NCBI GenBank assembly: GCA_016839705.1
Contig: JAEOTR010000032.1
Location: 22,464-86,463, forward strand
DNA from: Promethearchaeota archaeon
Lineage (GTDB): Archaea > Asgardarchaeota > Lokiarchaeia > Sigyniarchaeales > SOKP01
Direction of reading: 5' to 3'
DNA length: 64,000 nucleotides
This document shows positions 48,825 to 58,816 of this stretch, one piece after another. The translations under genes were made by a program, and so were the position numbers. Numbering within the stretch: the first letter of the stretch is position 1; each line of letters starts with the position of its first letter. The notes under the pieces were generated by a model. The model was given only the letters and a program-made list of their open reading frames with translations, was not told the origin of the DNA and searched no databases.

Positions 48825-49886
48825 TTAATAAGTTTCATATAAAATATCTGAAGAAACATCGTTCAAAGTCATACAATTCGTCATCCTCATTGCTTTTTGA
48901 AGGGTTTTTTGCATATATTCCATATGAATTTTTACACCCTCAGCACCCGCACCTACTGCGGCTCGAATAATATCTCGTCCAATTAGAACAGATTCAGCAC
49001 CGAGAGCAAGCATTTTAAGAACATCATAACCTGTACGAATACCACCATCTACTATAATTTTTATCTTACCATTAATTTGTAAGGAAATTTCTTTGAGAAC
49101 ATCTGCTGTTCCTGGAGTATGATCTAATACACGACCACCATGATTAGATACGACTATAGCTGCCGCTCCTACATCTACTGCTTTTAATGCATCTTCAGCA
49201 CACATTACACCTTTAATTATGACTGGTAAGCTAGTAGCAGAGACTAATTCCTTGAGACTTTTCAATGATTTTTTGAACACTGGTTTGTTATGAGTAGCCA
49301 TTGCGTATGATCCACAACCATCTATATCTACACCTACAGCAACGCATCCAACTTCTTCAGCTTTTTTAAAAAACTTAATTATTGTCTCTTGTTTTCTAGG
49401 TTTTACAATTTTAACTCCAAATCCATCAGCTTCAGCAATAGCATTAATACCATATGAATTTTCAAGAGAATAGGTATAAGTATCCCCCCTCCATCCTAAA
49501 GTCCCGGCAGCTTTACATCCCTGAACAACAGCATGGCAAAATCCTGATTCAGTTATAACACTATCACCCCCAAAACTATTTACTCCTGCAACACTAGCAG
49601 CCATAATAGGCATCGTAAGGTTCATCCCAAAGAAATCATAAAAAGTATTGGGATGAATGTCTTTTTCAATCAATTCCATTTTAAGATTGTGCTTTCTTAG
49701 GGCTAAGAAATTGTTATGAAAACTAGTTCCACTTCCAATACCTCCAATACCCAAAGCCCTCCCATAGCTCTGCCCTTGACAGAGCCTACGTGGATCACCA
49801 TCACAATCTTTATATACACCACAAATTCCTTTTAACTTCTCTCTAGCAATATTTCGAACATCTTCTAATGTTTTAATCTCACTCAA
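48825..49886 (-). CDS. FMN-dependent alpha-hydroxy acid dehydrogenase
   Basis: IIKGV, VSNHGGRVLD, VDGGIRTGYDVLKMLALGA, IGR; N-terminal Cys cluster. Confidence 0.9.
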   Translation of the reverse strand: MSEIKTLEDVRNIAREKLKGICGVYKDCDGDPRRLCQGQSYGRALGIGGIGSGTSFHNNFLALRKHNLKMELIEKDIHPNTFYDFFGMNLTMPIMAASVAGVNSFGGDSVITESGFCHAVVQGCKAAGTLGWRGDTYTYSLENSYGINAIAEADGFGVKIVKPRKQETIIKFFKKAEEVGCVAVGVDIDGCGSYAMATHNKPVFKKSLKSLKELVSATSLPVIIKGVMCAEDALKAVDVGAAAIVVSNHGGRVLDHTPGTADVLKEISLQINGKIKIIVDGGIRTGYDVLKMLALGAESVLIGRDIIRAAVGAGAEGVKIHMEYMQKTLQKAMRMTNCMTLNDVSSDILYETY

Positions 49887-49904
49887 TTAGGCTCACTCCT
49901 AAAG

Positions 49905-51284
49905 TTACACCATATTTCTAGGATCTAATAATTCATCTAAATTATCTATTTTTAGACCCATTTCTTTTATTATTTTTTTGCACGTTTTTCCTTCTTTATA
50001 TGCCTTTTGTGCAATCTCAGAACATTTATCATACCCAATTATAGGTGTTAGATTTGTGATAATCATGATCATCTCTTCTAGTTGAGTACTAATATGGTCT
50101 TTATTTGCCTTCAAATTTATTAAACAATGATCGATAAAAGAATTTATTCCCCCAATAAGGATATCAATAGATTCAAGCAAATTTACAATCATAACAGGTT
50201 TACACACATTTAAATCTAAAATGCTGCCATATGCTTCTCCAAAAGAGATTACGGAATCATTTCCTAAAACTTGAAGACATACTTGAATTAAAGCTTCTGA
50301 TTGAGTTGGATTAACTTTTCCAGGCATTATGGAAGAACCAGGCTCATTTTGCGGTATTATCAATTCTGATAATCCTGCTCGAGGTCCACTACCCATCCAA
50401 CGAATGTCATTTGCCATTTTTAAAAGAGATAAAGATAATAATCTTAAAATACCACTAACATTAACAATGGTATTATGTGAAGCAATTCCTTCTGCGTTTA
50501 TAGGATTATTCTTAAAAGGCAAATTCGTAATTTTCGAAAGGTTAATTACGGTAAGTTTAGCAAAGTCTTTGTGGGCATTTAATCCTGTTCCTAATGCTGT
50601 TCCTCCTATAGGAATATAATATAATTCATTGCAAGCGTTTCGTAATCTTTCGATGTTAGTCTCGATTTGTTTTTTATACACTTCGAATTCTAAAGATAAA
50701 GGTATAGGAACAGCATCTTGTAGATGAGTCCTTCCTACTTTTACGATTCCGTTATACTCGGTGATTTTGGTCTCCAAGGATTTTGCAAGCCTTTCTAACG
50801 TTGGGAGGAGTCTTTGAATCATATGCAAAGCAGATACATGCATAGTACTAGGAATAACATCATTAGATGATTGACCCTTATTTACATGGTCATTAGGATG
50901 AACAGGGTGTTTTTTACCCATAGGAAAACCTAAAATCTCATTCGCCCTATTAGCTAAGACTTCATTCATATTCATGTTAGTTTGAGTTCCAGATCCCGTT
51001 TGAAACATATCAATAGGAAATTGGTCAAGGTACATATTTTCTTCTAATATTTCATTTAAAGCATTATCAATGGCATTTCCATTATTTTTTTCAATCAGTC
51101 CCAATTCCATATTTGCCAATAGACAAGCCTTCTTCAACTGAGCTAAAGATCTAATAAAAATCTCAGGAAATTTTTTACCGCTTATTTCAAAGTTTTTTAT
51201 TGCTCTTTGTGTATTTATACCCCAATAAGCATCAGTAGGAACTTCTAATTCCCCTAAAATATCTTTTTCAATACGAAATTTCAA
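49905..51284 (-). CDS. fumC: Class II fumarate hydratase
   Basis: QTGSGTQTNMN, GQSSND, GRTHLQDA, GSSIMPGKVNP. Confidence 0.95.
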   Translation of the reverse strand: MKFRIEKDILGELEVPTDAYWGINTQRAIKNFEISGKKFPEIFIRSLAQLKKACLLANMELGLIEKNNGNAIDNALNEILEENMYLDQFPIDMFQTGSGTQTNMNMNEVLANRANEILGFPMGKKHPVHPNDHVNKGQSSNDVIPSTMHVSALHMIQRLLPTLERLAKSLETKITEYNGIVKVGRTHLQDAVPIPLSLEFEVYKKQIETNIERLRNACNELYYIPIGGTALGTGLNAHKDFAKLTVINLSKITNLPFKNNPINAEGIASHNTIVNVSGILRLLSLSLLKMANDIRWMGSGPRAGLSELIIPQNEPGSSIMPGKVNPTQSEALIQVCLQVLGNDSVISFGEAYGSILDLNVCKPVMIVNLLESIDILIGGINSFIDHCLINLKANKDHISTQLEEMIMIITNLTPIIGYDKCSEIAQKAYKEGKTCKKIIKEMGLKIDNLDELLDPRNMV

Positions 51285-51423
51285 AATTCATTTCATCTTT
51301 CAATTGAATTCTTATAAACTTATTAGAATAGCAATGATAAAAAAAGTTTATATTAATATATAATAAATAATGAATAAAATCCGATAACTAAGCTTTAGAA
51401 TTTAGAAGAGATCACTTAGGAAT

Positions 51424-52353
51424 TTACAATATGAAATCCCTAATCAGAGAATTAATTTTATCTGGTTGTTCATTTACAACCCAATGTGAACCTTCAGGAA
51501 TGCGTTTAATGGTTAAATCTGGGATAAATTCATCAAGTCCTTTAAGGTTATGAACTGTTAATGCTGTGTCTTTTTCACCCCAAATAACCAACGTAGGCAT
51601 ATTTATCATTACGGGATTAACTTCTAATTGTTCACTTGCTAACTCTGATATGTCTTCTCCTTGTGTTGGAGGTCGTAATCCTCCAGCACGGTAATAATTC
51701 AAACCTCCAGTTAAAGCTCCGGGTTCAGACCATGCATTTTTATAGATCTGGTGATCATCTTCATCAAAATCCATTTCAGAGTTGACAACAATATCGAACA
51801 AGGGTTTATAGTCATTTGCAGACAACACTCCCTCAGCTATATATCCCTTTTCATTTTTTGCTCGGAAAAATAATACATATTGACTTGATGTTTGTTGATC
51901 TTTATTATTTGATATCAACCTACCAAAGGTGTTTGGATGTGGTGCATTTATGATAATTAACTTTTCAACTAACTCTGGATGCATGTTGGCAAATGGAAAA
52001 GCAACGACACCTCCCCAATCATGACCCACTAATATAAATTTTTTACGTCCAAAATGGTCTTCTACTAATGCTCTTATATCCTCAACCATATGTTGCGGTT
52101 GATATTGTTCTATTTCTTCGGGTTTGGATGATGTATTATATCCTCTCATATCAGGAGCTACCGCTAGATAATCTTTCGATAGGTCTAAAAGCTGATCTCG
52201 CCACATATACCAAAATTGGGGAAAACCATGCAAGAAAATAATCAATTTTCCATCTTCTGGACCCGCCTTAACATAATGAAGTTTGATATTGTTAACTTCG
52301 GCAAATTCACTCTTAAATTGAGGGTATTTTTTCTTAATAATATCTTCGGACAT
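51424..52353 (-). CDS. Epoxide hydrolase-like alpha/beta hydrolase
   Basis: HGFP, DMRGY, GHDWGG, WGEKD, SHWV. Confidence 0.9.
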   Translation of the reverse strand: MSEDIIKKKYPQFKSEFAEVNNIKLHYVKAGPEDGKLIIFLHGFPQFWYMWRDQLLDLSKDYLAVAPDMRGYNTSSKPEEIEQYQPQHMVEDIRALVEDHFGRKKFILVGHDWGGVVAFPFANMHPELVEKLIIINAPHPNTFGRLISNNKDQQTSSQYVLFFRAKNEKGYIAEGVLSANDYKPLFDIVVNSEMDFDEDDHQIYKNAWSEPGALTGGLNYYRAGGLRPPTQGEDISELASEQLEVNPVMINMPTLVIWGEKDTALTVHNLKGLDEFIPDLTIKRIPEGSHWVVNEQPDKINSLIRDFIL

Positions 52354-52481
52354 TTTAGGTTACCTCTATTATATCAACTTAGACTATTTTGTATAAAGAA
52401 TTCTTAACAAAAATTAATTAATTTACATTTAATTTTAATTTCTAATATGTTTCAAATATTAAAAATTCTTAGTGAAGCTTT

Positions 52482-54674
52482 ATGAATCACAATAATTCTA
52501 ATGAAGAAAAACCATTATATTTAGATTATACTAAACCTTTTGAAGAAAGGGTAGATGATCTAATCTCAAGGATGACCCTTGAAGAAAAAATATCCCAGAT
52601 GTTTAATACTGCCGCAGGAATTCCTCGTTTGAATATTCCAGAATACAACTGGTGGAATGAGTGTTTACACGGTATTCTTGTAGTGGAAGATCATGCTACT
52701 GTATTTCCACAAGTAATTGCCCTTGCAGCTACGTGGAATGTAGATCTGATTAATGATGTTGCGAAAGCCATTTCAGACGAAGCAAGAGCGAAACACCATG
52801 AATCTGTAAGAAACAATGAAAGGGGGCTTTTTGAAGGACTAACCTTTTGGTCACCTAATGTAAATTTATTCAGGGACCCCAGGTGGGGTCGTGGTCAAGA
52901 GACTTATGGAGAAGATCCTTTTCTATCATCTAGGATGGCAGTCAGTTTTATAAAGGGCCTTCAAGGAGATGATCCCAAATATTTAAAATTAGTTGCAACT
53001 CCCAAGCACTATGTAGTTCATAGTGGTCCAGAACCTATAAGGCATGAATTTAATGTTCATGTCTCGGATAGAGATCTATGGGAATCATACCTCCCTGCTT
53101 TTGAAGCAGCTATTAAAGAAGCTAAAGCTTTTTCTATAATGTGCGCGTATAATAGAACAAATAATGATCCTTGCTGTTCAAGCAAAATATTACTGCAAGA
53201 AATCTTAAGAGATAATTGGGGATTTGAGGGCTACGTCGTTTCTGATTGTGGTGCTATTGCTGATATTTATAGAGGTCATAAAGTAGCTAAAACAATAGGA
53301 GAAGCTACCGCATTATCAATTAATGCCGGATGTGATCTATTTTGTAATGTGATGGAAGCAGATATAGAAAAAAAGAAGGAATTTTGGCAATGGATGAAAG
53401 ACGCTATAGCAATGGATGCTTTAACAGAAAACACAATAGATAAAGCTTTACGACGCCTATTTATGGCACGATTTAAGTTAGGTATGTTTGATCCTCCCGA
53501 ATTAGTTCAATATCAACAGATTCCATACGAAGTAAATGATTGTGAGGAACATCGGCAATTAGCTTTAAATACTTCTAGGGAATCGATTGTTCTTTTAAAA
53601 AATGAAGGAAACTTACTACCTTTAAAGAAAGATCTTAAATCGATTGCAGTAATTGGGCCTAATGCGGACACATTATCAGTACTAGTTGGGAATTATGCAA
53701 GCCTTCCTTCTCGATTCATCACATTTCTTAACGGTATTAAAAATAAAGTTTCATCTGAAACCAAGGTAACTTACACTATAGGGTGTCCACGTGTAGAAAA
53801 ATCTAAAGAAGGTTTTAATAAGGCGATTGAAATAGCAGAAAAATCTGATATTGTGATAATGGTCCTTGGTATTTCCAAAAGATATGAAGGAGAAGAGGGA
53901 TCTGCAACACAAACCGAAGCTGGTGGAGATCGTCCGCATATATATCTGCCAGGGCTTCAAGAAGACTTATTAAAAACAATCCACAAAACTGGGAAACCAA
54001 TAGTGTTAATTTTAACGAGTGGAAGTGCTTTGGCGGTAAATTATGCAGAAGAGCATATTCCTGCAATAATTCAAGCTTGGTATCCCGGAGAAGAAGGTGG
54101 TAATGCCGTTGCTGATGTTATTTTTGGGGATTATAACCCCGCAGGGAAACTACCTATAACAATTTACAAATCACTTGATCAATTACCTCCATTTGAGGAT
54201 TACAGCATGGAAAATAGAACTTATCGATATTTTAAGGATGAACCACTATATCCTTTTGGATACGGGTTAAGCTATACTAAATTCAAATATAGCAATCTTC
54301 AAGTTTCTAAACCTAAAATAAAAGTTGGAGAAGATCTACTAATAAGTGCTGATGTTGAAAACATTGGAGAAGTAGATGGAGATGAAATTATTCAGCTTTA
54401 TCTGAGTAAATCTGCTCCCAACCTAAACTTACCAATTCGAGAACTCCAAGGATTTAAAAGGTTAACCCTTAAAAAAGGAGAAATTACAACTATATCATTC
54501 ACAATAACACCAAAAAATCTTTTTCACGTTAATAATGAAGGAAAGCGTATTATTGAACCTGGGATGGTAAACTTATCTGTTGGAGGGTGTCAATCAGGAT
54601 TTAGTGATGATAAAATTAATTTACTTGAAAGTAGTTTTGAAATTATAGGAGAACGTCAAGAATTCAAATTATAA
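52482..54674 (+). CDS. Glycoside hydrolase family 3 (beta-xylosidase/glucosidase), cytoplasmic
   Basis: WWNECLHG, RDPRWGRGQETYGEDP, KHY, VVSDCGA, AWYPGEEGG, C-terminal Fn3-like domain. Confidence 0.93.
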   Translation: MNHNNSNEEKPLYLDYTKPFEERVDDLISRMTLEEKISQMFNTAAGIPRLNIPEYNWWNECLHGILVVEDHATVFPQVIALAATWNVDLINDVAKAISDEARAKHHESVRNNERGLFEGLTFWSPNVNLFRDPRWGRGQETYGEDPFLSSRMAVSFIKGLQGDDPKYLKLVATPKHYVVHSGPEPIRHEFNVHVSDRDLWESYLPAFEAAIKEAKAFSIMCAYNRTNNDPCCSSKILLQEILRDNWGFEGYVVSDCGAIADIYRGHKVAKTIGEATALSINAGCDLFCNVMEADIEKKKEFWQWMKDAIAMDALTENTIDKALRRLFMARFKLGMFDPPELVQYQQIPYEVNDCEEHRQLALNTSRESIVLLKNEGNLLPLKKDLKSIAVIGPNADTLSVLVGNYASLPSRFITFLNGIKNKVSSETKVTYTIGCPRVEKSKEGFNKAIEIAEKSDIVIMVLGISKRYEGEEGSATQTEAGGDRPHIYLPGLQEDLLKTIHKTGKPIVLILTSGSALAVNYAEEHIPAIIQAWYPGEEGGNAVADVIFGDYNPAGKLPITIYKSLDQLPPFEDYSMENRTYRYFKDEPLYPFGYGLSYTKFKYSNLQVSKPKIKVGEDLLISADVENIGEVDGDEIIQLYLSKSAPNLNLPIRELQGFKRLTLKKGEITTISFTITPKNLFHVNNEGKRIIEPGMVNLSVGGCQSGFSDDKINLLESSFEIIGERQEFKL

Positions 54675-54840
54675 CTTATAGTTTAGACAGATCCCGATAA
54701 AATATCAGCTTCTACTAAAAAAGTTGATTAAATTTAAGGAGATAAAATGACACCTTCAATTATCGAGAAAATTTTCCTGAATTATCATAAAATAGTTAAT
54801 TTTTCTCTCAATTATATTATTATGGATGTGAGAAAATCAT

Positions 54841-56115
54841 ATGGAAAAGAAAATTTTTGAAGATAAGCTGGAAGGGAGTTATATAGCGGAAATAATTAAG
54901 GAACTATGCGCGAAAATAGAGAAATATTATATCTTCCCTGATAAATCGAAAAAGATCTCGCAGTATATCTTAAATAAGTTAGAACAAGGTTCATACATTA
55001 ATATAACTGATCCTGTTGCTTTCGAAAGGGTAATTTCTAATGATCTGGTTGAAATTTCTAATGATCATCATTTTTACTTTGAATACGAACCAAAAATGGC
55101 TCGAGAGTCGCTACAAAATGGATACGAAGTTACAGAGGAAAGTGATGATGAATTCCCAGAATTAAAGAATCGTCTAAAATATGAGCGATATAAAAATTTC
55201 AGCATTATTAAAGCAGAACGTCTCCCTGGTAATATTGGATATGTTAAATTAAATGATGTTCCCCCCGCAGAATTTGCAGGTGAAATTATTGTTGGTGTTT
55301 TTCAATTTTTAGCTAACACTGATGCCCTTATTTTTGATCTTCGAAACAATGGTGGTGGGTATCCTTCGATGGTTGCATTAATATCAAGCTATTTAATGAA
55401 ACCTGGTACTAAACTTCTTACCAGCATTTTTGAAACCACAAAAGAAGAACCTTTTCAATCACGAACTTTACCTTATGTTCCTGGAATTCGTTTTCCCCAT
55501 AAACCAGTCTATATACTTATCAGCCGTAGGACAGCATCGGGAGCGGAAGAGCTCGCCTATGTGTTAAAGATGTTAAAAAGAGCAACCCTTATAGGGGAAA
55601 CTACACGTGGAGCAGCACATCCCGTAGAAATATTCCCTATTTCCGATAAATTTGTCATCTGGTTACCTATTGGTCGTCCTATCAATCCAATCTCAAAGGA
55701 AAATTGGGAAGCGAAAGGGGTATCACCCCATATCAATGTCCCACAAGAAAAAGCTTTAGAAAAAGCCCATATATTAGCATTAAATGAGCTGATAAACAAA
55801 GACTCAGATCGGGAAATTAAAAAAATGAGAGAATTCGAGCTTGAATATACTGAATCTAAGTATAACTCAATAGAAATTAATCTTAACATACTAAACGATT
55901 TCCAGGGGCAATATGAAAGATATAAAATATTCATTCAAGACAATCAGGTCTTCTTTGAGCGATCAAATTTAAAGCAGCAATTAATTACTAAAGACAATAA
56001 AGTTTTTTACGCAAATGAAACAGTCAAACTGTGGTTCGAGGAAGAAAATCAAGCAAAATTTCTTATACTTGAACGAAGGGACTTTCCTAACTTATTACGA
56101 TTAAAAAAATCTTAA
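54841..56115 (+). CDS. Peptidase S41 (IRBP-like)
   Basis: GNIGYVKL, DLRNNGGG, TASGAEE, GETTRG, WEAKGVSP. Confidence 0.9.
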   Translation: MEKKIFEDKLEGSYIAEIIKELCAKIEKYYIFPDKSKKISQYILNKLEQGSYINITDPVAFERVISNDLVEISNDHHFYFEYEPKMARESLQNGYEVTEESDDEFPELKNRLKYERYKNFSIIKAERLPGNIGYVKLNDVPPAEFAGEIIVGVFQFLANTDALIFDLRNNGGGYPSMVALISSYLMKPGTKLLTSIFETTKEEPFQSRTLPYVPGIRFPHKPVYILISRRTASGAEELAYVLKMLKRATLIGETTRGAAHPVEIFPISDKFVIWLPIGRPINPISKENWEAKGVSPHINVPQEKALEKAHILALNELINKDSDREIKKMREFELEYTESKYNSIEINLNILNDFQGQYERYKIFIQDNQVFFERSNLKQQLITKDNKVFYANETVKLWFEEENQAKFLILERRDFPNLLRLKKS

Positions 56116-56254
56116 AAAAATTTAGTAAAAAAATTTCCTCTAGAGTATCTTCGACTCTTTACTAAGATATTATCACAAGCAACCCTTCCTCTTACTGAGG
56201 AAAAAATTAAAAAAATAGAAAATTCGTTATAATTTTTAGTTTCAAAATTTCTTT

Positions 56255-56677
56255 CTATTCTTGATCTGTTAATTCTTGTTCAATAAGCCTTAATAACATG
56301 AAGAAGATAACAGCTTGTGTATTGTCACCTTCAATTTTGAACCTATCTGATACCATGAACGGGTAAAGTCTTCCGGAGATAACTCCTGTAAGAGAGTCTC
56401 TATCAGCAGTTATGATAGAATCAGGGGAATCCGCATCCCCATAATCTATAACTAGTTTAGGGTGTTCAGTAAATTGAGCATCAGTTTTCAAATAAAAATT
56501 TTCCGAATCTCTTAATTTAATTTGAACAATTTTCTCCCATCCGTAAAGTTCATCTTCAGCATATTCAGATTTATTTGTTAAATATTTAAATACTTCCAGA
56601 AAGGATTCAAGATCTTCGTCTAAGAGATTCCTATCCTCCAATTTCTTGAAGATTTCTAAAGCTTTATTACCAATCAA
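56255..56677 (-). CDS. SCP2 sterol/lipid-carrier-like protein
   Basis: PDSIITADRDSLTGVISG..FKIEGD pattern. Confidence 0.65.
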   Translation of the reverse strand: MIGNKALEIFKKLEDRNLLDEDLESFLEVFKYLTNKSEYAEDELYGWEKIVQIKLRDSENFYLKTDAQFTEHPKLVIDYGDADSPDSIITADRDSLTGVISGRLYPFMVSDRFKIEGDNTQAVIFFMLLRLIEQELTDQE

Positions 56678-56679
56678 TT

Positions 56680-58749
56680 TTATTTAGCACCTTTAGGACT
56701 TATTAAAAATTGAATAGGATTACTAGCTTTTAATTCAATCCAAAGTATAATTTTATTTTCCTCAAGACCATGCTCTATTCCATATCGAAATCTCTCACTG
56801 CGAGGAATTTCTTTTCCGTTGATCTTTAGACTAACTTCAGTATCTAAATTTTGGATGACAAGTGCAAGATTCATTATCGGTTTTTCTTCACTTGCGTTTA
56901 TCATGAATTCAAGCGGTGCTTTTAAAATTGGATCTTTACTTTTGAAGTAATAGGCACGTTCATGAGGTATATATCTTCCACCATCATATGCATCTGTTTT
57001 CAACTCTATCTCAGGTGCTCTAAGCCAAGATTTTGCCAAGATCACCACACCTTCCTTATTTTTCTTATCCCAAACGCCATGAAGCATGATCCTCCTCCTC
57101 ATTTCTGGTCCTATCTCATAGTCTGCCCATTCTGCCTCTGTTGAGACGTTTGTATGTGAGGGACGATCTGAAACTGAAGTAAATCTTCCATCAGTAGGAA
57201 TATTCGCGACAGGCCAAGAATTCCACCAAGGAAAATGAGCTCCACTATTTATAAAAGGGGAATATGGTTGGAAGTATGGGTTGCGACGTTTCTTTCCGTT
57301 AAATTTTTTTCCCGCAACGATACATGGACCGTCTGGAACAATTAAAAATGGAACATTCTCAGATTTTACATTAATAATTTCAATATTTTTGTTTTTTGGT
57401 GCAGTAAAGAATTTTGGAGCGTCCTTCTCCCAACTATATGTATGAGATTCACCTTTCATGTTGAAAAGAGTTACTGCTTCTAAATCATAGGCATCTTCAG
57501 GATGCATCCCCTCCCCTAAAATTACAATAGACTCTTGAAATTCGTGAGGTTCCATTGGTTGAGAACTGTGAAGTGTAACATCCCTAATCCCTACGCCATC
57601 TGGGTATATAACATAATATTCATCTGACCAGTCACCCCATCCTGTGAGTGGGTCGACTCGTGCTTGCCTATAATGCGTATCTACAAGAGAATAACGCCAA
57701 TGTACGATAGCTCGAGCATCATTTGATTCAATTATTCTCACATGAGATGTGCGGCATTGCTTATCAGACATCGGTTCAGCACATCCATTTATATCAGGAT
57801 CAAATTTATCTGCCCATGTTTCATTAAATTCATTTGTATACCAAATCCCATTTCCGGTCACCCATGCAGAAATATAATTTAATCCCCTCCAAAATACATA
57901 TTTTACAGGCTTCTGATCAAAAAGAACGACTATATCTGCGTGGTCTTTAACTCTCCAAAGACGATCCCATTCTTTATAATATTTAAGGGTGGTATAATAT
58001 GCTCCAAACTTATTTGGACCATCGGGAAGTATTGGGAGTCCTCGCCTTTCTAAGGGAGGATCTGGAATATCATGTATACTTCTGAAGCTTTCTTGAATTT
58101 GATCTTTAGACAGCGATTTATCGAAAAATTCAAGCTCATCAATAACTGCGTCAAGATACATTGAACAAGGAAAATGACCGCCATTATTTACCCCATGTAC
58201 CGGTCGAACATCTTTTGCAGCCTTACCTATATAAAACGAATCATTTGGAATGATTAACTTTTCTATTTGGTCTTTAATATCTAACGAGTCAACCAATTCA
58301 TCGTTTATGTAAAGATTCATACCTTGAGCTGCATTAAACACGCTTGTAACTTTCATCCATCTAAAAAGGGGTGTTTTTTGTTCAGATTCGACCTTAAAAG
58401 ATTCACCTTTGATTATTACTTTGAATCGTATTCTCCCTGTAGCAGTCACACCAAGAAAGAATCCATTTTTTTCATCATAATTTTCGATAATAGGGCTTTC
58501 ATTCCATGAATAAGCACCATTAGCAATCCAAGTGCTAATCGTAAATTGTTCAAATGATTCAGGAAATCTGTTCTTAGAGATTGTTAGATGAGTTGTATAA
58601 CCATCAAAACGTAGTGCATTCCCTTTGATCCCCTCCAAAAGATCTACATATCCAACAATGGGGTCTTTTTCCTTTGATACAGAATCGATAACTACATTGC
58701 TTTCAATAATCTCATCAAAATTCCAATGAGAAATTAAATTATCTTGCAT
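56680..58749 (-). CDS. LamG/concanavalin-domain protein with large uncharacterised C-terminal domain
   Basis: HWNFDE, GIKGNALRFDG, FTISTW, LYIND, IDEL; Trp/His/Glu-rich C-terminal region. Confidence 0.7.
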   Translation of the reverse strand: MQDNLISHWNFDEIIESNVVIDSVSKEKDPIVGYVDLLEGIKGNALRFDGYTTHLTISKNRFPESFEQFTISTWIANGAYSWNESPIIENYDEKNGFFLGVTATGRIRFKVIIKGESFKVESEQKTPLFRWMKVTSVFNAAQGMNLYINDELVDSLDIKDQIEKLIIPNDSFYIGKAAKDVRPVHGVNNGGHFPCSMYLDAVIDELEFFDKSLSKDQIQESFRSIHDIPDPPLERRGLPILPDGPNKFGAYYTTLKYYKEWDRLWRVKDHADIVVLFDQKPVKYVFWRGLNYISAWVTGNGIWYTNEFNETWADKFDPDINGCAEPMSDKQCRTSHVRIIESNDARAIVHWRYSLVDTHYRQARVDPLTGWGDWSDEYYVIYPDGVGIRDVTLHSSQPMEPHEFQESIVILGEGMHPEDAYDLEAVTLFNMKGESHTYSWEKDAPKFFTAPKNKNIEIINVKSENVPFLIVPDGPCIVAGKKFNGKKRRNPYFQPYSPFINSGAHFPWWNSWPVANIPTDGRFTSVSDRPSHTNVSTEAEWADYEIGPEMRRRIMLHGVWDKKNKEGVVILAKSWLRAPEIELKTDAYDGGRYIPHERAYYFKSKDPILKAPLEFMINASEEKPIMNLALVIQNLDTEVSLKINGKEIPRSERFRYGIEHGLEENKIILWIELKASNPIQFLISPKGAK

Positions 58750-58816
58750 TTTTTTTTACCTCATTTCAAATCCAAAAAATGATTATTAATAATTGTTAAA
58801 GATCTTTGGGTTTTTC

